From Antedon mediterranea (Eukaryota; Animalia; Echinodermata), in NCBI RefSeq assembly GCF_964355755.1, contig NC_092676.1:2051788-2115787 (forward strand): a stretch of DNA of 64,000 bases. The letters are read 5' to 3'. The translations under genes and the position numbers were made by a program. Below, in pieces: positions 13,301 through 25,300 of the stretch. Within the stretch, counting starts at the first letter, position 1. Each line of letters starts with the position of its first letter. The notes beneath the pieces are model-generated. The model worked only from the letters and a program-made list of their open reading frames with translations. It had not been told where the DNA came from and ran no database searches.

Positions 13301-16300
13301 TAAACCTCATGTTCTGCATTAATTTGCTGAACATCAGAAGTGTCACCAACACTAATTGTGTCAATGTTACTTTGATAGTGCACAACTGGTACAGGTGTGT
13401 TGTGATGTTTCCTCTTTTGTTGTTCATAATAACACACAACAAACACAAGTAAAACTATCAGTATGATGTTACTTGTTACTATTATGGTTATCTTATTGGC
13501 CTTCTTTGTAGCTGTTGTCATGTCATCTTTAATTGTAAATGCTATCTCATCAGATCTGTTCTGAACATCAGTACTCACCAGACACTTGACAGTGTATTCA
13601 CCAGCTGTTAAATTACCAAAGTTTCATAGAAACGATACTGGAATTCCTCTCCTCTCAAACTCCAATTAAAAATCTTTTTACCAGATCCACCTTCTGCAAA
13701 CACTTGAAGCAATTCTGGTTCACATCAACTTCATATACCCTTGTGATCTTTACCATTAATTGTGGGTGAACCGCCATAACCAATTGATAGCAATACAGTA
13801 GAAAAACATCCCTTGTCCAGAATGAAAACATTTAAGAGTCTGAATAATTGTAATGTCAGTATCCGTATGATGAGTCTGTATAATGTTGTGATTTCCTTGA
13901 ACCCAAATAGTTGTCACTTCATATTGGATGTTGTCATCTTTTCTGATCAAGTCACATGAAATGTGTACTTCCTCGCCTTCAACGATGTCTCTCATACCGT
14001 CACAATAGAGTTTTACAAGTTCTGGTTGAGATTTGGTCCATGTTACACCTGATTTATAAATAGTATATTGAGTTTTATCATCAAATTGACATTAGTATAT
14101 TCCTTGATTAGAACCAAACGAAATGAAAAGTGGACATTTAACTGTTTCATATTTTCCGTAACAAATAACACTCTGTTGTTTACTTGATGGTGTGATTGCA
14201 ATGTTTACCTTACTTGTTAATGAGTACTAAAACTTTAAATCAAATATTACCAAACTTCTTGAAGCTCCTCCATGTCCGAATATCAACAAGCATGTCATCA
14301 CCAACAGATTAACAATTTTTGAAGTCATCTTTAAAAACCTTTCTGTATTGTTTGTGAAAATCCACCTTTCTAGTTCCTGATGTGGCCAGAGACTGAAGTG
14401 ATGTTTGTATTTCTATAGGTTTATAATATGAAATAAACACAAAAGAAAATAATTAGTATTTGAGTTTTGGTTTTTGTTGCTAATGGGCTATTTTGTGAAA
14501 TTAAGTAGGTAATATTTATGGCTTTTCAAGAAATGTACAATTTATAAAATAGCATAATATTTGAATGAAAGTAAAAGGATTGAATAATATACACATTTAA
14601 CATTGAGAAATTAAACATGGAAAGCAGGGGATAATAAGAAAGAACAATATTTAAATCAGTAAGTGTCTATAAAAACTCCAATAAAGTACAAGTTTAAACT
14701 GTAATCTATTGTTCTTAAAGGTTGCAGAGGCAGACCTTGGCACAGCATTAGCAGAGCAAATCCCTGCTGAACCGTTCTTTGTTGACTTTCTACGAGATGC
14801 TCCTGAAATAACAGGTTAACTTTTTTGTTAAAATTGTTTGTTTATGCCAAATCTATTTCATGGTGTTGCCATCGCTATATTTATATATTAACATAGATTA
14901 ATAGTAGTTTACTAACTAACATTTTTCATGGCTTTTTACATATAAATGTTGTATACTTTTTTTTAGATTGTTTTGAAAATTATCATCTATCTGTAATGAA
15001 ATAAACTCATGCAGGATTTGGACCCACAATTGTGTAACTTACTTATATCTTGGTATCTTTGGTTTTGACAAGAAAAATACAAAATTTCTGCATTGTTTAC
15101 AATAAAAATTACAATAAAAATGCAATATTCAAATATTAAAATTACATCAAAAATTTAAAATGTATGTATAAAAAAAACAATCGATTTCACGATAAAATTA
15201 CAATATAATATAAAAATGACATCAAAAAGTTCAATTTAAATATTAAAAAAACCTTCGTTGAGAGACGTAAAATATCTAAGTATATAAAGTGACATCAAAA
15301 GAGTAACGATAAAAATATTTAAACAAAGTATCATTGATCATAGACAGTTTTGGTTATTTAGTAATCTGGTTTTACAAACGTATATTTACTAAAAATGTTA
15401 CTTATTATATTTTGTAGGTGATGAACCCGATGATGCTGACCTAGATGCACCTAAGATATATGAACCAATAGAATCCTATCAACAACTAAACGACAGGCTG
15501 ATAGGGTTCATGGCTCAGTACAATGAAACAGTGAGAGGGGGCAAGATGGATTTGGTCTTCTTTAAGGTAATACATATGAGAGTTATCAACCTGTAGCCGT
15601 ATTCACCAATCACACTTAAGTGAGATATATTAAGTGTTTATATATATAATATTAAGTATTTCACTTGAACTCAATAAATACTTAAGTATTTCTCTTAAAT
15701 TGTATTCACTTTACGTAGAAGATTTTTTTTCTTAGCTTAAGTATGAATGGTGAATTCAGCCAATGAGTTGTACTAGAAATTACTAAAGGTTACAGCTTAT
15801 TTAATAACAGTATGTTAGTAGAGTACACAGTACAGTATACCTGTGAAACGAGGGGCAATATGTGTTTTAAAAACCCCTTTCCTGCAATTTTGGACGTTTT
15901 TTGGAAAATAATACATATATATCACTTTAAAAACATTAAACCATGTCATTCCTTGTCTTAAATGTACGTTTTATGGTAAATTATGATAAAAAGTGAGAAA
16001 CAATGCACTACCTAAGTAGCTCGCGGCGATCGACCTCTCGTGGACGGTCTTAGGCCTAGCCTAGCTAGGCTTAGTTTTGTAGGCCTAGCTGGTAAACATC
16101 GATAACGTACGAACATCGTACGCTAGCTATATACCTAGCCTGACGTTGTATAGTTGCTGCATTAATTGTCTTTCTATTTTTGCCAGACTCCGTTGATACA
16201 AATTGGGGAAAACCCGGTATTTTCGCTGAAAAGTTAGGAGTCTTCCATTTGTTTTGGCTTCACGATCGATCGAAAAGTGGGCGAATTACAGGTGAAAAAC

Positions 16301-19300
16301 AAAAATATCAATCCGCGCGCAATGCATTTTGGGATTTACAGCGGGCCGCTATAAATATTAGAATCGATTTATTTTTCACATTTTTAACCGTTTAAAGACG
16401 AAAAAAGTTATCGCAATAGGACAATATAGTATTATTTTTACATTAAATATAGTTTGTGATCTTAAATTAGATCTAAAAAACGTAGGGAATGGGGCTTTAA
16501 TGTGACACTTATGCTGGATTCCTAAAGCCTGTTTTCCTGTCGACGTTATTCACGTTGATCGTTAACAGTTCAACGACGATCGTTTGAAAACGATCAAGTT
16601 GAAATGATAACGATAGCGTGTACTTTTTCCTGTAAATCGTTAACATTTCAATGTTTTTTTATGTAGAAGATCGCCGATTATTGTTAACCATGGCGTCAAC
16701 TAACGTCGACAGGAAAACAGTCTTAAGGTGTCCTCTTATAGTGACTCTACTGTTTTTTTTAAATCGATAAGAAAATATGTTCAAGTTTATTATTTATTTT
16801 ATTTGCTATAAACTATACCATGGGTTAATTTGTTTTAGGTAATTAGGTAATACAGTATTAGGGTAACAATAATGGTTCACTTGGTTGTAGTAGGTGGTAA
16901 TGGTACACAGGTAATACCTCCCTGGTTACCAGTACCTGTAAACATTGGTTATGGTTTGGTGGTGGTATATGGTATTGGGTGCTTGTTGTGGCAGTGGTGC
17001 TAATATCAAATACATATTATACATTTATATTTTCACTAGGATGCTATGGTGCATTTAGTTAAGATATCTAGAATAATCCGTACGCCACGTGGTAATGCTC
17101 TGCTAGTTGGTGTTGGTGGTTCTGGTAAGCAGAGCCTAACAAGATTAGCCTCATTCATTGCTGGATACAAGAGCTTTCAAATAACACTGACAAGGTTTGT
17201 CTTTTAATTATTGTATTTAAACTGGAATAAATTCAGTTCCAAATGTTTTACTCCCCTTATCTTATATCTTATTTTGCAATACATTTTAACAATACAAACT
17301 TACGGTACTAATTTGTCTGACAACAATGATAGGGACTAAGATTCAATTCAATTCAATCAACTTTATTGTCAAACTCATGAATGGCTTGAAACTTTGGCTG
17401 AAACACACATTAAAAGATGGACCAATACACCAGGGTACCTCAACATATGCACTGGTTTCTTTGTGCGCACAAGCCAGATATGTACACTGGACCTCCAGTT
17501 TTAAGTCCTTTCAAGAAGACTTATTCTACCACCAGAACTATGAGGAGGGACTTGAACCGGTGCTATGGCTCGGCTATTCAACCCCACAAACTTATTCAAG
17601 TTTACTTGACTTACCAAGTTTCCATATTTTGAAATAAAAAAATATGTCTCCAAGGTGAATTAATATATGGAAATAAAAATATATTGTTTTTTTTTAATTT
17701 TTACTCTCATTTTCTTAGATCGTATAATGTTGCCAACTTGATGGATGATCTAAAGCATCTTTATCGTACGGCAGGTCAACAAGGTCAAGGAATAACGTTC
17801 ATCTTTACCGATAATGAGATTAAAGATGAAGGATTCTTGGAGTATATGAACAACGTACTAGCATCAGGAGAAGTAAATAAACAAAACTGAAATTTTGTCC
17901 ACCAAACATTTAGCTTTAAAAACTTCCTTATTTTGTCTAATTATTGGTATTTATTGTTTTTAATAAATAATACTTATTGTCATCTTTCTTTTCATAATTA
18001 ATTTCTTCTTATTTCAGGTTTCAAATTTATTTGCCCGTGATGAAATAGATGAGATCACAGGTGAGCTGATACCAGTTATGAAGAAAGAGTTTCCAAGACG
18101 ACCGCCGACCAATGAGAATCTTTACGAGTATTTCTTGAGCAGAGTCCGCGCCAACCTACATGTGGTTTTGTGCTTCTCACCTGTAAGTCAATCTCTGGAT
18201 GTTTTGCTTTGTTAAAATCTTGAAGCTGATAAGGTTATCACTATGATTTCCACAAATTAATAGAACTGTAGCTAGATGGTTAACATGCTTGCCTTCCAAT
18301 CCCAAGGTCCAGGGTTCAATCCTGACCTAGTGCTTTTTTTAAAAATGGTAGTTCTAGAGTGTTGACATGATTTGAACCGAGGACCCAAGAATTCTTGTTA
18401 ACGACTAAGCTACAGCGCCACTATTATAGATTTATGCTCAGGGTTGACAGTCACATCAATATCAGTATACGAAAGCCACAATTATTATCATGATGAATAA
18501 AGAAAAACAAATTATTTTTTATTTTATTTTCTTATCATGTCAGGTTGGTGAAAAGTTCCGTAGCCGCTCGTTAAAGTTTCCCGGTCTGATCTCCGGCTGT
18601 ACAATGGATTGGTTCAGCCGATGGCCAAAAGACGCCCTTATAGCAGTGTCGCAACATTTCCTGTCAAGTTTTGAGATTGTTTGCACAGATACTGTCAAAC
18701 AGAGTGTTGTTAACACTATGGGTGTCTTCCAGGTAATGTAAAACAAATTTTCAGTACACCAATGCTGTGTCTACACTATCAAACTAGTTTGACAAAAAAA
18801 TGTGATATGCCCAAATTTGGTAGTGATATGGCCAAATATGGTGGTGATATGACATCATCATGTCCATATATGGACACATCACATTTTTTTGTCAAATAAA
18901 GTTGGATAGTGTAGACAGAGCTTTAGACCATTTTCAGCTACAATCAATCAATCAATCGTAATTTCATTTTTCAATTTAGGACATGGTTGCGGAATCTTGC
19001 ATCGATTATTTTCAGCGTTTCCGGCGACAGATGCATGTCACTCCAAAGTCGTACTTATCGTTTATCGACAGCTTCACTCAGGTGTATGCTGAGAAGCTCA
19101 AAGCTATTGGTATCCTTGCTAATAGGATGCAAACTGGTAAGCATTATTTTTAAATTGCTTAATTTAAACTTGCGGTTATAGGAAAAACTTTCCAACACAC
19201 AAGAAATGTTTAAAAGCTATGGCCAACACCTTTAGGGGTTCTAAACCAGAATTATATGTATGTATGTACGAGTAAGAGATATTAAACTAGATCATCTGTA

Positions 19301-22300
19301 TGTATGTACGAGTAAGAGATATTAAACTAGATCGTCTGTATGTATGTATGAGTAAGAGATATTAAACTAGATCATCTGTATGTATGTATGAGTAAGAGAT
19401 ATTAAACTAGATCATCTGTATGTATGTACGAGTAAGAGATATTAAACTAGATCATCTGTATGTATGTATGAGTAAGAGATATTAAACTAGATCATCTGTA
19501 TGTATGTATGAGTAAGAGATATTAAACTAGATCATCTGTATGTATGTATGAGTAAGAGATATTAAACTAGATCATCTGTATGTATGTATGAGTAAGAGAT
19601 ATTAAACTAGATCGTCTGTATGTATGTACGAGTAAGAGATATTAAACTAGATCATCTGTATGTATGTATGAGTAAGAGATATTAAACTAGATCATCTGTA
19701 TGTATGTACGAGTAAGAGATATTAAACTAGATCATCTGTATGTATGTATGAGTAAGAGATATTAAACTAGATCATCTGTATGTATGTATGAGTAGGAGAT
19801 ATTAAACTAGATCATCTGTATGTATGTACAAGTAAGAGATATTAAACTAGATCATCTGTATGTATGTATGAGTAAGAGATATTAAACTAGATCATCTGTA
19901 TGTATGTACGAGTAAGAGATATTAAACTAGATCATCTGTATGTATGTACAAGTAAGAGATATTAAACTAGATCGTCTGTATGTATGTATGAGTAAGAGAT
20001 ATTAAACTAGATCGTCTGTATGTATGTATGAGTAAGAGATATTAAACTAGATCATCTGTATGTATGTATGAGTAAGAGATATTAAACTAGATCATCTGTA
20101 TGTATGTATGAGTAAGAGATATTAAACTAGATCGTCTGTATGTATGTACAAGTAAGAGATATTAAACTAGATCGTCTGTATGTATGTACGAGTAAGAGAT
20201 ATTAAACTAGATCATCTGTATGTATGTATGAGTAAGAGATATTAAACTAGATCATCTGTATGTATGTATGAGTAAGAGATATTAAACTAGATCATCTGTA
20301 TGTATGTATGAGTAAGAGATATTAAACTAGATCGTCTGTATGTATGTATGAGTAAGAGATATTAAACTAGATCGTCTGTATGTATGTACAAGTAAGAGAT
20401 ATTAAACTAGATCATCTGTATGTATGTACAAGTAAGAGATATTAAACTAGATCATCTGTATGTATGTACAAGTAAGAGATATTAAACTAGATCATCTGTA
20501 TGTATGTATGAGTAAGAGATATTAAACTAGATCGTCTGTATGTATGTACAAGTAAGAGATATTAAACTAGATCATCTGTATGTATGTATGAGTAAGAGAT
20601 ATTAAACTAGATCGTCTGTATGTATGTACAAGTAAGAGATATTAAACTAGATCATCTGTATGTATGTACAAGTAAGAGATATTAAACTAGATCATCTGTA
20701 TGTATGTATGAGTAAGAGATATTAAACTCGATCATCTGTATGTATGTATGAGTAAGAGATATTAAACTAGATCGTCTGTATGTATGTACAAGTAAGAGAT
20801 ATTAAACTAAATCGTCTGTATGTATGTACAAGTAAGAGATATTAAACTAGATCATCTGTATGTATGTATGAGTAAGAGATATTAAACTAGATCATCTGTA
20901 TGTATGTACGAGTAAGAGATATTAAACTAGATCATCTGTATGTATGTACAAGTAAGAGATATTAAACTAGATCATCTGTATGTATGTATGAGTAAGAGAT
21001 ATTAAACTAGATCATCTGTATGTATGTACGAGTAAGAGATATTAAACTAGATCATCTGTATGTATGTATGAGTAAGAGATATTAAACAAGATCATCTGTA
21101 TGTATGTACGAGTAAGAGATATTAAACTAGATCATCTGTATGTATGTACGAGTAAGAGATATTAAACTAGATCGTCTGTATGTTGTATGTATGTTATTCT
21201 TGGTCCTCAAGTCTAACTGAAAACTAAGGAAATTTAGATTGAGCTCTCCACAGACACGGCAGCCAGCAGTACTGTAACAGCGCCTACCAGATGAGCACAC
21301 CAGGAGACGATCCCCTACTTTTTCGAATAGTGTACCAAGTTCTTGTTCAGTACAGTTTCGTTCCTCCCACTAATGCCAGTCGCATCCAAGAGGTAGTCTT
21401 CTCTAGCATCTAAATTTATGCTGGGTCCTACTGTTGAAAGCCTTCCTTGACTGGGTTAGCTTCTTTAGCTTGACTAGGATCGCACTGAAGGAGATTGCTT
21501 AATTAATGTTGTCTTTTTTTAGGTCTTGCTAAATTAGTGGAAGCTACAAGTTCTGTAAATGAACTGAGCAAAGAACTGGCTGTGAAAGAGAAAGAACTGG
21601 CAGTGGCATCCAAGAAGGCAGATGCTGTATTGGCAGAGGTCACTGTTAGTGCTCAGGCCGCTGAAAAGGTCAAGGCACAAGTCCAAAAAGTCAAAGATAA
21701 AGCCCAGGCTATTGTAGATGAGATTGAGGTGAATACACAATTCAATTTTTGTCAATAAAACTTTTGATACTTTTTTGAAATTCTGTCTATAATGTTTAAA
21801 TTTTTAAAAACATGGGAATTTTTTTTAAATTGAGAATTTTACAATTTTGTTTAGGCTGACAAAGCTATAGCTACCGAGAAGCTAGAAGCAGCTAAGCCAG
21901 CATTAAAAGAAGCCGATGCAGCCCTCAACACCATCAAGCCAACCCACATCTCAACAGTGCGTAAGTTAGCTAAGCCACCTCATCTCATCATGAGGATTAT
22001 GGACTGTGTGCTGTTACTGTTCCAGCATAAGATGGACTCGCCTTCGTTAGACCCAGAGAAGCCTTGCATGAAGCCATGCTGGGGGGAATCATTGAAACTT
22101 ATGGGAGGCAGCAACTTCTTGCAAGGACTTCTCTCTTTTCCAAAGGTAACAATTCAATTTAATTCTTTATTAATACATAAAAAAAAATATGATAAAATTA
22201 ACTTCAAGAAGGTAAACAACAAAACAAACAACATCAAAACTTTCAAAAACAATTATTTCTCCTGTTAACATAATTATTAACCGGCAAAATCATGCACTGC

Positions 22301-25300
22301 CATAAGAAAATTTAATTAATCAAAATAAAAAAATAGTTCCCTCTATAACAATGCTATACAAATCATAACGCAAATCTGAATAAAATGAGCATTTGAGTAC
22401 AAAATTAAATTCATCTTCATACCTAGTTAATCATAACGTGATTATGTCTTTCAATTCTCTATGATAATTATAAAAAGTTATATGTAGCAAAATAAGGGTA
22501 ATGAAGAAAAATGTAATGATTTTTGTAATAGTTGCTTTTATGTTGTTTTATGTAATAAGATGTACATAGGGAATTCCTTCATATTTTAATTCTTTATTGC
22601 ATTGTAAGTGAAGATCGAGAATAATGAACTTAAAATCCCTCTTGCTGTGTTATTGTTCCTACACACATTATTTAAATGACATATTCACTTAATTATTTTG
22701 TTGTTCATCCATTTTAGGATAGTATTAATGAAGAAACGGTAGAACTATTACAGCCATATATGGACATGGAAGATTACAACATGGAGGCTGCTAAGAAGTC
22801 ATGTGGTGATGTAGCTGGTCTCTGTTCCTGGACTAAGGCCATGTCTTTCTTCTACGGGATTAATAAACAAGTGCTGCCGTTAAAAGTAAGTTTATATATC
22901 ATTATTATAGTTCCCTTTTTATGATGGTGTGAGTATGTCAAATGTACGGTACTGTGTGTATTTACATGTGCAAAGAAAACAGAAAGTGTGGAACATACAA
23001 AAATCCATGTTAAAACATGCAATAATATGCAACTAAACAGACTAAGCACCCCCCCCCCCCCCTACCTCCACTCCCTGCCTCGTTTATGTTTATTCATGTT
23101 GTTATGAAATATATTTTGCCTTTCCTAACTTTGATCAGAGTTTTATATTATCATTATATTTTCGTTATTTATGTAAACTTCTGTCTTTGTAGGCAAATCT
23201 CATTCTACAAGAAGCACGTCTTGATAAAGCAATGGAAACATTACGAGAGGCTCAGAGTCAACTAGATGAGAAACAGAAGGAATTAGATGTGGTACAGGCC
23301 ATGTATGATAGTGCCATCGCAGAAAAACAGGTAAGAATATGACGTTTCATAGACTTTTTATTTGTAATGTTACATTTCTTAAAAGTTACAAGCACCAACA
23401 AAGTTTTTTTAGTAGAAGAATTAATTGCACTTTCAAGAATTATAATATGTAAGCTCCTCACCATTATTTGATGAAGAACTTGGCAAAAAAAATGATACCT
23501 ATTATACAGCAGTCTCTGAAAGCTTCAAACACATTGTTGGCTAATACTATTATTTTGATTTGATTTCTAGGCACTGTTGGATGATGCTGAGAGTTGCCGT
23601 AGAAAGATGAACAATGCTACAGCTCTCATAGAAGGTCTTGGAGGTGAAAAGGTTCGTTGGACAGAGGCTAGCAAATCATTTGAAGAGCAAATCAACAGGT
23701 AAACAACAACAATCCTATCTATTCTTGATTCATAGAAAATATATCTTTCCAGATAGCATCCCTGAGGAGGAGAGAACCTTTTATCATTTTGGCAATCTAG
23801 TTATCAGTGGTTTTTCTGTTCATACTGTACTGTTGTCTCCTTAACCTCTGTCTACACTATCAAACTAGTTTGACAAAAAAAGTGTGATATGCCCACATTT
23901 GGTAATGATATGACATCATCATGTTCATATATAGGCATTTGGTAATGATATGACATCATCATGTCCATATATAGGCACATCACATTTTTTTGTCACATAA
24001 AGTTTGATAGTGTAGACAGAACGTAAGAATGTAAACATTTTTTATATTTTATTCCAGACTTGTAGGAGATGTCCTTCTAGCTACTGGGTTCTTGTCCTAT
24101 TCTGGACCGTTCAATCAGGAATTCCGAGAATTGCTTATCAAGAATTGGAAGAGAGAGATGAATGTCAATAAAATTCCATACAGTGATGTAAGTAGTGGCA
24201 CTGCAGCTTAATGGTTAACATGCTTGCCTACAAATCCCAAAGTCCTTGGTTCAAGTTTTTTTTCCATGGTCAAAACATTTCCACTACCTTAAACCCTGTC
24301 TACACTATGAAACAAGTTTGATATGCCCAAATATAGTAGTGATATGCCCAAATATGGTAGTGATATGCCCAAATATGGTAGTGATATGACATCATCATGT
24401 CTATATATGGGCACATCACTTTTTTTTATTTTAACATGTTGCTTTATTCATATGTGTTTATTTCAGGACTTGAACATCAGTGGCATGTTGACTGATTCAG
24501 CTACAATTGGTGAATGGAATTTGCAAGGCTTACCAAACGACGAGCTGTCAATCCAAAATGGCATCATCGTAACCAAGGGAACACGATTCCCGTTGCTCAT
24601 AGATCCGCAAGGTCAAGGCAAGACTTGGATTCGCAATCGTGAAAGCGATAATCAGTTACAGGTCACGACGTTGAATCATAAATACTTTAGGACTCATCTT
24701 GAAGATAGTTTGTCTTTAGGGCGCCCTCTGTTGATTGAGGATGTTGGCGAAGAGTTAGATCCTGCTTTGGATAATGTACTTGAGAAAAACTTTATCAAAT
24801 CTGGAAGTACATACAAGGTTGGTTTGTTTAAATAATTTATTCGATAATTATTGTTTGAAACATCAAAAAACTCAACAGTTCTTTTCAGAACTATACATGG
24901 TGTACCGCAAACTTTATATCAACTTATCCAATAATTTTAATGATTCAAAATGACCTTGTACTCTTTTAAAAAAACAAACACTGTAGAAGTTGTGTTTGCT
25001 GTAAACACAATTTGTTTCCCTTAGCTACTTAAAATCTAAGTTAAGCTTTATTTATATATCATGGAGGCTAGACCAACACTGGGGTGTTCCTCTGTTGACT
25101 ATGCATGAAAATGTACGTACAAGATACAAGAAACTTTATTTGTCTTCGTAAAAAACAGCAAAAGAAAAGTCAGCAAATCCGATTAAAAGATACATATATA
25201 AAACGGACTAAAAAGGACAAAAAGACATTCCTCAAAGTAGCTTACTGCTTTATATCAATAATGTATCTCAACAAATATTACAAAAACAGCCACTTTTCAT

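Larger units (their letters stand above)
6200..14400. repeat. ~4.7-kb higher-order tandem duplication inside the receptor array
   Basis: Near-constant offsets: 6201/10906 (4705), 7633/12341 (4708), 8563/13270 (4707), with shared lesions. Confidence 0.85.

Noticed and set aside
18268-18422. tRNA genes (also ~24196-24260 and ~55330-55390)
   Set aside because: Only A/B-box-like fragments without a full cloverleaf; more likely SINE heads.
19257-21180. Regular 40-bp array as a CRISPR array
   Set aside because: No unique spacers, no cas genes, and it lies in a eukaryotic intron; it is a plain satellite.
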